64,000 nt of DNA from positions 1 to 64,000 of the forward strand of contig JAHLWP010000015.1 in NCBI GenBank assembly GCA_019057865.1. Direction: 5' to 3'. The notes under the pieces are model-generated. The model saw only the letters and a program-made list of their open reading frames with translations. It made no database searches and was not told the origin of the DNA. Within the stretch, counting starts at the first letter, position 1. Each line of letters begins with the position of its first letter. The DNA is from Promethearchaeota archaeon. Lineage in GTDB: Archaea > Asgardarchaeota > Lokiarchaeia > Sigyniarchaeales > SOKP01. Positions 39,631-49,827 of the stretch are shown one piece after another. Both the position numbers and the translations under genes were made by a program.

Positions 39631-39964
39631 TTACTTACTTAAATAATAATACACGCGGTCATATATAAATCTTCGGATTGTGATTAAACAATTCTATAAT
39701 ATTTCATCAAATTATTAAATAACTCGACAAAAATAATAAAACAGAATGAACAAAGCACCTAGATCGAGTAAATATTATGAACTATTTTCAATACTATATA
39801 GTCATATATTTTAAATTAATGGTTAATTATTGAAAAATTTTTAATTTAGTAGATGTATTTTTATAGAGCTAACAAAATAAGTGTTAAATATCTTAGTATC
39901 AATATACAACTTAATCCAATATTTTCATTTTAATATATATATAAAAAAATAGAATTGATTTAAA

Positions 39965-40507
39965 ATGAGTTTAAAGTGTTATTATCATCCTGAAAGAGAA
40001 TCTATTACCAAATGTGAAACCTGTGGGAGATTAATTTGTGTAGCGTGTAAAACAGTTGTTCATAGAACACATGGAACTAACGAAGATAGATATTCTACCC
40101 GTCATGAAGTTTGTGTTCCATGTAAACTCGATGAAGAGCTACAAAAATTCAGTATGACCCGAATTATTGCTACTTTTTCTATTTTCTTTATTTTCATAAT
40201 TATATTCATATCTATAACTACTGTTACCAATACTCAGATGAGAGATCCTATTTTGAGATTTCTTCCTATTATAGGTATTGTAGCATTAATTATTATCACC
40301 ATAGGCTATCTTATTTGGATGATATTTAAACGGCCTAAAGAAATAGCAAAGATTAAAATTCAGAAAGAAGAATTCTTAAAAAGTATAAAAGTTCCAACAA
40401 GTATTAAAGAAGAGGAAATAATAACAAAGTTTTGTCCTGAATGTGGTACTCGAGTTGAACCCGATACTTCAGTTTGTAGCTATTGTGGCTTTATTATTAA
40501 AGAATAA
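39965..40507 (+). CDS. B-box-like zinc finger + 2 TM + C-terminal zinc ribbon protein
   Basis: CYYHP.....C..CGR.IC..C; two TMs; CPECG...CSYCG. Confidence 0.8.
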   Translation: MSLKCYYHPERESITKCETCGRLICVACKTVVHRTHGTNEDRYSTRHEVCVPCKLDEELQKFSMTRIIATFSIFFIFIIIFISITTVTNTQMRDPILRFLPIIGIVALIIITIGYLIWMIFKRPKEIAKIKIQKEEFLKSIKVPTSIKEEEIITKFCPECGTRVEPDTSVCSYCGFIIKE

Positions 40508-40536
40508 TTTGAATAATTCCTATTTCCAATTTTAAT

Positions 40537-41028
40537 TTATTCTTCTTCTTTTTCTTCTTTTTTTAATATTTTTACAAGAGAACTACCTTCTTTTATGACA
40601 TTTAAGACTAAGTGAGTATTAGTACTTTCCACATATTCAGATGTATGAATTTTTTTAATCATCACACTAAGCTCTTTTCTAGTCTTAAATCTTACGAAGA
40701 TGAGGGCATCGTAGGTTCCTGTAATATCATAAACTCCAAACACATTCGGATTTTCAGCAATCATTCCCTCCACCTCAAGCATTTTACCTTTTGAAACAGT
40801 AATTTCAATAATCGCTATAATATCATAACCTAATTTTTCATAATCAAGTTGAGCTCCGTAGGATTTTATTTTTCCTTCCCTTTCTAATTCTTCAACATGA
40901 CTTTTAATGGTTACAGGAGATTTACTTAATTCCTGTGCTATTTTTCTATAGGATTCACGGCCATCTTCACTTAAAATTTTTAATATTTCAAGATCTACAT
41001 CTTTTGAGAGGATTTCTTCATCATTCAT
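40537..41028 (-). CDS. Lrp/AsnC transcriptional regulator
   Basis: D.EIL..L..DGR.SYR.IA.EL; YDITGTYD; divergent from glnA. Confidence 0.93.
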   Translation of the reverse strand: MNDEEILSKDVDLEILKILSEDGRESYRKIAQELSKSPVTIKSHVEELEREGKIKSYGAQLDYEKLGYDIIAIIEITVSKGKMLEVEGMIAENPNVFGVYDITGTYDALIFVRFKTRKELSVMIKKIHTSEYVESTNTHLVLNVIKEGSSLVKILKKEEKEEE

Positions 41029-41229
41029 ATTTAAACCTACTTTCTTAAATCATTAATATTAGATCACAATAAAAAAATATCTTGGGATTTAATATTTTAA
41101 TTATTAATATATTATTATTTGTTTAAAAATTTGTCGGATTTCTGGACGTTTGATATAATTATAAGCAATATTTTTATATCTTTGATCATATATTTATATA
41201 TAAATTGGAAATTAGGATTTTGATATTAT

Positions 41230-42588
41230 ATGATAGAAAAAAATCATCCTAAAAGAAAAGAGTTATGTGAAAAAGTAATCGAAAAAGTTAAGGAAAATGA
41301 TATTAAATTCATCTATCTTCAATTTACAGACATGCATGGCATTATTAAGTCGTTTGAAATTAATTCAAAGCGAATAGAGGATTTTTTTGAAATAGGTGAG
41401 AGTTTTGATGGAAGTTCTATAACTGGTTATGGAGCGATTGAGGAATCAGATAAAGTTGCTCTTCCAGATCCATCAACATTTTACATTATACCTTGGAGAA
41501 ATGATAATAGAAAAGTTGCTCGAGTATTTTGTGATATCTACAACCCTAATGGCTCAAGATACGATGGGGATCCGCGATATATACTTCAAAAAGCTGCGAA
41601 GAAAGCAGAAGACCATGGATATACTTATTATTGTGCTCCAGAAATGGAATTCTTTATTTTAGAGAAAAGTACTAAAGCAGAGGTATTTAATCCATCAGAT
41701 ATGAGAGGATATTTCGATTATGACCCATATGATATTAATGAGAAAGTGCGCTATACTATTGCTGAGTATTGTGATATAATGGGAATCGAAATAGAAGCTT
41801 TACACCATGAGGTAGCGCTTGGACAACATGAAGTTGATTTTCGTTATGATGAAGCAGTTAATACAGCTGATAATACAAATACAATTAAAATGATAATTAA
41901 GACTGTAGCTGCCAAAAATAATATGACTGCTACATTTATGCCCAAACCTTTCGCGGGTATTAATGGTTCAGGGATGCACGTACATCAATCATTATGGGAA
42001 GGGCAAAATAATGTTTTTTATGACGAATCTGATAAAGATAATATTTCAATTATGATGAGGAAGTGGATAGCTGGTCAATTAAAACATGCAAGAGCAATGT
42101 GTGCTGTTCTAAGTAGTTGGCCTAACTCTTATAAAAGGCTTGTGCCTGGCTATGAAGCACCTGTTTATATAGCTTGGGGATTCAGGAATAGATCTCCCTT
42201 AATTAGAGTACCAGATTTTCATGGTAAACCAAATGCTGCTCGATGTGAGATTCGATGCCCCGATCCTGCTGGAAATCCATATCTACAATTCGCTGTACTC
42301 TTGTCAGCAGGGTTAGATGGAATTTTATCTGAGGATATTGAGATTCCAGAATCTCGAGATGAGAATGTATATAAGCTTACAACAAAAGAAATGGAAAAAG
42401 CTGGAATTGTTGCATTACCTGGAAGCCTATCTGAAGCATTGAAGGAATTTAGAAATTCAGAATTCATGAAGGAAGTCTTTGGAGAGCAACCCTTCAAGAA
42501 CTTTTACTATGCAAAATTAGAAGAAAACGATGCATATCGAGTTGTTGTAAGTGAATGGGAGAGAACTCGATATATAACACGCTTATAG
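41230..42588 (+). CDS. glnA: Glutamine synthetase type I
   Basis: FDGSSI, PEMEFF, HHEVA.GQHE, FMPKP...NGSGMHVH, RLVPGYEAP, NRS..IR.P, E.R.PD. Confidence 0.97.
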   Translation: MIEKNHPKRKELCEKVIEKVKENDIKFIYLQFTDMHGIIKSFEINSKRIEDFFEIGESFDGSSITGYGAIEESDKVALPDPSTFYIIPWRNDNRKVARVFCDIYNPNGSRYDGDPRYILQKAAKKAEDHGYTYYCAPEMEFFILEKSTKAEVFNPSDMRGYFDYDPYDINEKVRYTIAEYCDIMGIEIEALHHEVALGQHEVDFRYDEAVNTADNTNTIKMIIKTVAAKNNMTATFMPKPFAGINGSGMHVHQSLWEGQNNVFYDESDKDNISIMMRKWIAGQLKHARAMCAVLSSWPNSYKRLVPGYEAPVYIAWGFRNRSPLIRVPDFHGKPNAARCEIRCPDPAGNPYLQFAVLLSAGLDGILSEDIEIPESRDENVYKLTTKEMEKAGIVALPGSLSEALKEFRNSEFMKEVFGEQPFKNFYYAKLEENDAYRVVVSEWERTRYITRL

Positions 42589-42748
42589 GTAAATTTTCAA
42601 CTCAAATTTCTTTTTATGATCCGATTTACATAAATGTAAAATTTCATGGAATGAAAATTTTCATCAAAAGCAGGCATTTCCAAACCTTTAATTTGCATAG
42701 CAAAATAGATATAGGTTGATAAAGGTTAGTTACAAGAAAGATTATTAA

Positions 42749-44557
42749 TTATACTAATTCTTTCATTTTCTCTATATATTCTAGTGATTGGTGGCGGAAA
42801 TAAGTGTTATAAAGCTCAGCATACATTCCACCTTTAGCTATTAACTCATCATGATTACCCTCTTCCATAATTTTCCCATGATCGAGCACAACAATCCTGT
42901 CTACGTGGCGTACTGTCCAGAGACGATGAGCAATTATGATTGATGTACGACCTTCAATTGTCTTCTGTAAGGCATCTTGAATCCGAGTTTCTGTGAAAGG
43001 ATCAACTGAAGCTGTTGCTTCATCTAAAATAAGTATAGAAGGGTTTTCTAAGAGAACGCGCGCAAAAACTACTAATTGACGCTGACCCATTGAAATTAAA
43101 CTACCTCTTTCACCAGTTTTAGTTCCTAATCCCCTTGATAGATCTTTTACCCAATCAGACCCACTTGTAGTATTCAATGCGTTATAAACATCCCTTCTTG
43201 ACGCTTTTCTATTCCCATATTTTATATTATTTTCAATTGTATCTGCCCAAAGGAATGGAGTTTGAGGAATGATTCCTACTTGTTTACGGTAATCCATAAG
43301 ATCATAATTTCTTATGCTTATCCCATCTATTAAAATATCTCCTTCTTGAAATTCATAAAATCTCGCTAAGAGTTTTGCTAAACTTGATTTGCCAGCACCA
43401 GTATGACCAACAATAGCAAGAGATTCTCCAGGTTTAATTTTTAGATTAAATCTCTCAAAAACTTCTTTGGATTCTTCATACTTGAAGGAAAGATTTCTGA
43501 ATTCAATTTCACCATTAAGTTTGGATGGTTTTACGTTATCTTTTTGAATCACTAAAGGTAAGGTATCTATGAGCGCAAATATTCTTTCTGATGCTGCCAT
43601 ACCAGTCTGAAAAGTAGGCCAAAAAGAAGCTAATGTTAATAATGGAAAGAACAGATATATTAAACCTTGTATGAATAGACTTAATTCTCCCACACTTATA
43701 TTATTTCCTAAAACACTACTTCCACCATAAAAAATTAACAACGTTAAGACTATTCCTTGGATAATACCTAATGAAGGAAATATAGCATTCAGTACAAAGG
43801 CTCTTCGTAAATTAACTTTATAAGATGTAGTATTTACTTCATTAAAATTATTATATAATTTCTCCTCCTGTCGAAATGTTTTTGCAATTTGAATACCAGA
43901 AAAACTTTCTTTAACATATGCATTGACAGAAGCTAAGGCTCTTTGACCTAATAATGTTTTTGAACGGGCTAATTTTCTAAAGGATAATGCTAATACAAAG
44001 AACAGTGGAAAAGTGATGATAGTAATTAATGCTAGTGTAAGATTGATAAAGGACATAATAATTAGTAGAAAGATAATAACAAATAATGAAGAAATTAATT
44101 GAAAGGTTAAATCTACTGTCTGTCCCCAATCCCTAGAATCAGTATTAATTCGGCTAACGATTTTTCCAATGGGGTTTCGATCAAAAAATGAGAGATCATG
44201 ATTTAAAACGGCTGTTCCCGCATCTTTTCTTAAATCTAAAACAACATTTCCGATTACTTGCGAAGAATATCTTATAGTAAAATAATTAAAAACCCATGAA
44301 AGTAGATTTAATATTAAGATTATGGTTAATAAGAAAAAGAGGTATGAAATATTTCTATTTGTTTCTAAACTATTAATTGCTATACTAACAAGAATAGGTA
44401 CAAAGGCATAAGTGAGTGTAGAAATCGTTAAAAAGAGAATCACAATTGCCATTAACCGTTTATACGGACTGAAATAGTGAAATATGCGTTTTAGTAATAT
44501 TTTATCACGAAACTCTCTGTCATACTCTTCAGCTTCAAGTCCCACGTACATCCCCAT
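42749..44557 (-). CDS. ABC exporter half-transporter (TMD+NBD)
   Basis: GHTGAGKS, degenerate signature ISMGQRQ, LDEATA. Confidence 0.93.
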   Translation of the reverse strand: MGMYVGLEAEEYDREFRDKILLKRIFHYFSPYKRLMAIVILFLTISTLTYAFVPILVSIAINSLETNRNISYLFFLLTIILILNLLSWVFNYFTIRYSSQVIGNVVLDLRKDAGTAVLNHDLSFFDRNPIGKIVSRINTDSRDWGQTVDLTFQLISSLFVIIFLLIIMSFINLTLALITIITFPLFFVLALSFRKLARSKTLLGQRALASVNAYVKESFSGIQIAKTFRQEEKLYNNFNEVNTTSYKVNLRRAFVLNAIFPSLGIIQGIVLTLLIFYGGSSVLGNNISVGELSLFIQGLIYLFFPLLTLASFWPTFQTGMAASERIFALIDTLPLVIQKDNVKPSKLNGEIEFRNLSFKYEESKEVFERFNLKIKPGESLAIVGHTGAGKSSLAKLLARFYEFQEGDILIDGISIRNYDLMDYRKQVGIIPQTPFLWADTIENNIKYGNRKASRRDVYNALNTTSGSDWVKDLSRGLGTKTGERGSLISMGQRQLVVFARVLLENPSILILDEATASVDPFTETRIQDALQKTIEGRTSIIIAHRLWTVRHVDRIVVLDHGKIMEEGNHDELIAKGGMYAELYNTYFRHQSLEYIEKMKELV

Positions 44558-46372
44558 CTAAGAGTCCTCCTTTTGGCTAATTAATTGTCCAATATCAATA
44601 TCAAACTTTTTTATAAATATTTTTTGATATTCTTCGGATGATTTCAAAAGATCTTCGTGAGTGCCTATAGTAGAAATTTCACCTTTTTTCAGTACAATTA
44701 TTAAGTCTGCCCATCGAATTTGTGAAAGTCTATGAGTTATAAGAATTGTAGTTCTATCTTTAAGGATATTTTGAATTGCTCTTTGTATTTTATCCTCGGT
44801 ATTTGAATCAATTGCTGAAGTTGAATCATCTAAGATAAGAATTTTAGGATCAGAGAGAAAAGCACGAGCAATTGCTATTCTTTGTCTTTCACCTCCACTT
44901 AGTTGAACACCTCTTTCACCTACTTCTGATTCATATTGATTTGGAAAATCTCTAATAAAATCATTAGCTTGGGCTTCTTTAGCAACTTGAATAATTTCAT
45001 TCATTGAGGAGGTTCTCCCAAATGATATATTGTTGAAAATTGTATCAGAGAATAAGAAAACATCTTGCTCAATAAATGAGATCTGGTTTCTTAATGATTC
45101 TAAAGCATATTCTCGAATATCAATATTATCAATTAAAATTCTTCCTTCATTCACATCATACAAGCGGGAAATCAATTTAGTAAGAGTAGATTTTCCAGAT
45201 CCAGTAGTTCCAACAATGGCTACCGTTTGACCAGGGTGAACAGTAAAGCTGACATTCTTTATTACAGGTTTTTTACTCTCAGGATAAGTAAACGACACTC
45301 CTTCAAATTTAATTTCGCCTTCTATTGCTTTTTTAATCCCTTCTATATTTTCATCAATTTCAGTTTCTCTATTCATTAACTCAAGTAGTCTATCAGAGCT
45401 TGTAATTGCTAGTCGTACAATTGCAAATACAAATATAGATATGAAGGTTGGAAAACGTAATTGCACGATTAGTCCATAATATGCAATAATTTCTCCTATA
45501 CTCATCAAATTTTGAAAATTCAAAATTATTGCATGAGCAAATCCTAAGGTCATCGATATTGATAAAAATAATATTGGAAGATACTTTGCTTGAATTTTTC
45601 CTTGATCTATGTATGCATTTCGATACCATTCAGCCTTTGAATAATATTTTTCCATTTCTCTAGCTTCTTGAACGGTAGCTTTAACCACTTCTATTCCAGT
45701 AAGAGTTTCATTTAAAGTGGCATTCATCATTCCAAAAGATCCTCTCAATCTTCCTGTGATTGGACCCAATTTACGGACATATGATCTTAAGGAGAATAAA
45801 AAGAGGATAGAAAATAATATAGGAGCAAATATTAACTGAGGTGGATAAAAAATGACTATATATATAAGAGGTACAATTAATGCTGTAAATGATTCAAAAA
45901 TTAGAGAGAGTGCTGGACTTATTAAGAAATTAAGCATGCGAACATCATCTGTTACTCTCGCCATAAGATCTCCAATCTTTTGTTGCTCATGAAAAGACTG
46001 ACTTTTTCCTAAGAGATTTGTATAAAATTCCCTCCTACAATCTCTCTCCATTCTTTGTGCTATTACTTCCCGTAACATATAATTTATTAATCTCATTATT
46101 GGTGTTCCTACACCTAATGACAAGATAATAATAGTATAGAAAATTAACTTAGAATCATTCCCGATTAAAAAATCAGATATAGCATTTCCTATAATTATAA
46201 AAATAATAGAAGATAAATTTGAAGCAACTATAGTTGTAATTAAAACAATGATAAATAGAATCTTATTAGAACCATGAAAAACATGTTTTAATATCCATCT
46301 TCGAGATCCTTTACGTCTAGCTTTCTCAAAAGGATCTTTACCAGGTGAAAACTCTACTTTACTATTCTGCAT
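44558..46372 (-). CDS. ABC exporter half-transporter (TMD+NBD), heterodimer partner
   Basis: GTTGSGKS, LSGGERQ, degenerate Walker B LDDSTS. Confidence 0.93.
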   Translation of the reverse strand: MQNSKVEFSPGKDPFEKARRKGSRRWILKHVFHGSNKILFIIVLITTIVASNLSSIIFIIIGNAISDFLIGNDSKLIFYTIIILSLGVGTPIMRLINYMLREVIAQRMERDCRREFYTNLLGKSQSFHEQQKIGDLMARVTDDVRMLNFLISPALSLIFESFTALIVPLIYIVIFYPPQLIFAPILFSILFLFSLRSYVRKLGPITGRLRGSFGMMNATLNETLTGIEVVKATVQEAREMEKYYSKAEWYRNAYIDQGKIQAKYLPILFLSISMTLGFAHAIILNFQNLMSIGEIIAYYGLIVQLRFPTFISIFVFAIVRLAITSSDRLLELMNRETEIDENIEGIKKAIEGEIKFEGVSFTYPESKKPVIKNVSFTVHPGQTVAIVGTTGSGKSTLTKLISRLYDVNEGRILIDNIDIREYALESLRNQISFIEQDVFLFSDTIFNNISFGRTSSMNEIIQVAKEAQANDFIRDFPNQYESEVGERGVQLSGGERQRIAIARAFLSDPKILILDDSTSAIDSNTEDKIQRAIQNILKDRTTILITHRLSQIRWADLIIVLKKGEISTIGTHEDLLKSSEEYQKIFIKKFDIDIGQLISQKEDS

Positions 46373-46588
46373 TGATTAATTCAATCTAATTTAGAAAAAA
46401 ATATAATTCTCGAGTTATTATTCTTGAAATGTTCGATTCTTAATAGATTTTTTACAATTAAATTATAAATTCTAATTCTTGATAATCCTTACATTAAATC
46501 TATTAAATTATTAACGGGTTAATAATGAAACTGAACTATTTATTCTATTAAGGATCCATTTAAATAGAATAAACATTATTTATCAATT

Positions 46589-46732
46589 ATGTCGGATAAA
46601 GAAATAATGTACGACATTAGGTTGGAAGAACAGCTAGATGAATTAAAACTTGAAATATGGATGAATGAAGAATTACAGATTCAACCTAAACAACTCCATC
46701 CATTAATTTTGAAGCTCATTAGTAATAACTAG
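46589..46732 (+). CDS. 47-aa acidic small ORF
   Basis: MSDKEIMYDIRLEEQLDELKLEIWMNEELQIQPKQLHPLILKLISNN*; coding-like island in a very AT-rich spacer. Confidence 0.45.
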   Translation: MSDKEIMYDIRLEEQLDELKLEIWMNEELQIQPKQLHPLILKLISNN

Positions 46733-46831
46733 GCTTTACTTCTTCATTAATTCATTTTTGAGTTAATCTTAATTTTATTTATTTTATGGAATCTTGTTTC
46801 TCTTTTATAAGAATAATAGGAGATATATATT

Positions 46832-46851
46832 TCTATATAGAATATATAGAT
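46832..46851. promoter_or_regulatory. Palindromic box TCTATATAGAATATATAGAT, copy 1
   Basis: Exact 20-bp match at 49741-49760; lies upstream of the phosphate cluster. Confidence 0.6.
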
Positions 46852-47067
46852 TAATATTAATACATTTTATTTTTTTTTTAATTCAATTATATTAATCTAA
46901 TTTAGAAAAAATGGATTAATATTCTCTAAATAAAATATTTATAGAATAATAATTAAAACATAAAATTAAATTTAGTATGGAAATTATCTAGAAATATAAC
47001 TTGGTGCTAAGAATAGATTGCAAATCGGAGTTAAAAAATTATTAATACACTTTAAAAGGATTTTAAA

Positions 47068-47745
47068 ATGAGTGAAAATAATCAGATTGAAATTGATGAA
47101 AAAGTCCTCAAAAAATTAAATATCGATGAATTAACGCATCTTTTTATGGATAATATAAATGAACAAAATTTAAAATTAATTGAGGGAATTGAATCTCTTG
47201 TAGAAGAAAATTTTGAGAAATTTAAAAATAATATGAAATACGTCATAAAAACTAATACTGAAGTCCAAATCAAGAAACAATTTGAATCTAAAATATTCAA
47301 ATCAAAACTTATGTTTTCTAAAGCAGATAGGCTGAAATTATTCACAAAAATTAATGATATCAAAAATATAGGAGAATTTATAGCAAACAAGATGCTTCTT
47401 TATAGAGCTGTTTTCCCTGATGAGGAATTTAAAATTCATATTCGGAATATTCTCAAATCTTTAAAAATTATTTCTAATAAATTATCCAATGCAGTGAAAT
47501 TAATAGGATCTGATCTAAGCATAGCTCGCGATGTTTGTGAGGAGATTAAAGAAGAAAGAAGAAAAATGAGAAAAGAAGAATGGAACTTACTTAATCGTCT
47601 TTATAATTATGATATGGATTATTTATCAAGAACATTCTTATATCTAAAAGAATTGATTGATAATGTAATGATGTTGGCTGATCATATTAAATCCTTCTCT
47701 GAATATATTCAGTTTCTTGCAACTAAATATTTAATTTTTGATTAA
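47068..47745 (+). CDS. DUF47/PhoU-like helical protein
   Basis: All-helical; I.EEE......and L....DN....AD patterns; immediately upstream of pit. Confidence 0.65.
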   Translation: MSENNQIEIDEKVLKKLNIDELTHLFMDNINEQNLKLIEGIESLVEENFEKFKNNMKYVIKTNTEVQIKKQFESKIFKSKLMFSKADRLKLFTKINDIKNIGEFIANKMLLYRAVFPDEEFKIHIRNILKSLKIISNKLSNAVKLIGSDLSIARDVCEEIKEERRKMRKEEWNLLNRLYNYDMDYLSRTFLYLKELIDNVMMLADHIKSFSEYIQFLATKYLIFD

Positions 47746-47767
47746 AAGAAAAAAGTTAAGATCTGAT

Positions 47768-48799
47768 ATGGCTGACGATTTAACTTCAATCTTAGTTATT
47801 GTATTAATAGTAATGGCTATTGCTCTTGCTTTTTCTATTGGAGCTAATGATGAGACTTTATCGGCATTAGTAGGGGCAGGAGTCTTAAAATTCAAACTTG
47901 CACTATTTATAGGTGGTGTAGCTATAGGGGCGGGGATGATATTTTTCAGTGGTGGATTTGTAGCAAAAACAGTCGGATCTGATATTTTAGGAGAAGGTAT
48001 AACATATACAACTATCATGCTATTAACAGTGTTAATAAGTAGCATACTTTGGTTAGTTGTTGGAAGTTTTGCAGGGATACCTTTAAGTAGTACACACTCT
48101 TTGGTGGGAAGTGTGGTTGGAGTTTTAATAGTCTATGCAATTTTTCAAGGGGGTGTTAATCCTGATACTGCCTTAAATTGGACTAAGTTAGGAAATGTAG
48201 TGCTTAGTTGGTTTTTGTCACCCCTGTTTGGCTTGATAATCACTTTTTTGTTATTTAAATTAATTGCAAAACTATATTTATCCCGCTTAAAAGGCTTAAA
48301 TCAAATCGAATTATCAGAAAAACATTTCAAGTGGCTTTTACTTGTTGGTGTAATTTTTGCTGAAATATGGGTAGGAGCTAATTCTGGCGAAGCTTTAGGA
48401 ATCCTTTATGGTCTCTTGGATAATGGCTCATTAAATTTAACACAATATTTTACATATTCAATTATTTGTGGTATTTTTGCCTGCGTTGGAATATATTTTG
48501 CTGCTCGTTATGTTATCAGAAATCTAGCATCTCACATGGTAGATTCACGACCAAGTGAAGGACTTATTATTCAAATGAGTTCTGCAATAATTTTAATGGT
48601 AGCGACGATTCTTGGTCTACCTATTTCACATAGTCATGTAATAGTTTTCTGTATAATAGGAATGAGCATGGCTCAAAAAAAAGAGGTTGATTACAAAGCT
48701 CTAAGGAAGATGGGAATATATTGGTTTTTAACCTTCCCTGTTGCAGCTCTTCTAGCGGGTATTATTTATTTAGGTTTCTTTTCATTTGGATTTTCTTGA
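47768..48799 (+). CDS. pit: Inorganic phosphate transporter (PiT family)
   Basis: GAND, V.KTVG, G.PLSSTHSLVG..G, GLPIS.SH. Confidence 0.88.
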   Translation: MADDLTSILVIVLIVMAIALAFSIGANDETLSALVGAGVLKFKLALFIGGVAIGAGMIFFSGGFVAKTVGSDILGEGITYTTIMLLTVLISSILWLVVGSFAGIPLSSTHSLVGSVVGVLIVYAIFQGGVNPDTALNWTKLGNVVLSWFLSPLFGLIITFLLFKLIAKLYLSRLKGLNQIELSEKHFKWLLLVGVIFAEIWVGANSGEALGILYGLLDNGSLNLTQYFTYSIICGIFACVGIYFAARYVIRNLASHMVDSRPSEGLIIQMSSAIILMVATILGLPISHSHVIVFCIIGMSMAQKKEVDYKALRKMGIYWFLTFPVAALLAGIIYLGFFSFGFS

Positions 48800-48884
48800 T
48801 AATTTAATAATTTTAAAAAATATATATAAATTTCGATATACTCTATATAATGTTTAAGAATAAGATAGAAATGATGTGATAAGA

Positions 48885-49568
48885 ATGGGTTCTTTAATTG
48901 AATATTTAAAACGAGAAACAGCTTTAAATGCCTTAGAAAAAACTATCAAACATGCTCAAAAAGTACAAGAGTGTGTAAAAACATTAGATATTGGATTACA
49001 AATGCTTTTAAAAGAAAAAGATTATGATAAAACGCATGATATTTTCCATAAAGTTGATCTTTTAGAAGCAGAAGCTGATAATTTAAGACGAGAACTTCAG
49101 ATGGATGTTTCAAGAGGAGAGCTAGATCCCAGTGTTAGACAAAATTTGTCTCATTTAATTAAGAGAATAGATGATGTTGCTAATTGTTGTACTGGTGTCG
49201 CCCGAAGAATTGATACAGTACCTATAAAATTTTGGGAGCAAAGTAGTGATGAGACTATAAATTTAGTTAGTGAAATTATAAAAACAACTGTAGATTGTGC
49301 TCAATTTTTAGACAAAATTGTTATAAATTTAGTAGAAGATAGGAAGAATGTAAAAGAAATTGCAAAACAAATTAACTATTATGAGCATGAAGTTGATCTA
49401 TTGAATATAAAGTTAAGAAGGAGTCTTCAAAAAACAGATTATCACGTTAATTTTTTTACAATTTTCACAATAGGAAATATATTTGATATCCTTGAAGCTA
49501 TTTCAGATTCAATTGAAGAAGTCGCAGATTATATAATGGTTCTGTTAACTAGTTCTGAACGTCTTTAA
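48885..49568 (+). CDS. DUF47 (PiT accessory) protein
   Basis: LE.EAD.LRR, D.VAN, EHEVD, LE.ISD.IE.VAD. Confidence 0.85.
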   Translation: MGSLIEYLKRETALNALEKTIKHAQKVQECVKTLDIGLQMLLKEKDYDKTHDIFHKVDLLEAEADNLRRELQMDVSRGELDPSVRQNLSHLIKRIDDVANCCTGVARRIDTVPIKFWEQSSDETINLVSEIIKTTVDCAQFLDKIVINLVEDRKNVKEIAKQINYYEHEVDLLNIKLRRSLQKTDYHVNFFTIFTIGNIFDILEAISDSIEEVADYIMVLLTSSERL

Positions 49569-49740
49569 TATATTAATAATTCTGAATTCATAATTCTGAA
49601 AAAATAAATTTTTCCTATATTAAAAATTTATTAAAAGTTAATTGATATTTTGAATAATTAGAAAAGACAGGTTAAATCTATATAGATGATTTATCCATTA
49701 TTTGAAAGTTTTGGAAATTATTATCATAATTATTTTAAAG

Positions 49741-49760
49741 TCTATATAGAATATATAGAT
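49741..49760. promoter_or_regulatory. Palindromic box TCTATATAGAATATATAGAT, copy 2
   Basis: Identical to 46832-46851; an extra ATCTATATAGAT at 49676-49687. Confidence 0.6.
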
Positions 49761-49827
49761 CAGAGTTTAAATATATTGATTATTTGTTTTATATAATAGA
49801 GTTATTTAAATGAAATATGTGTTATTT

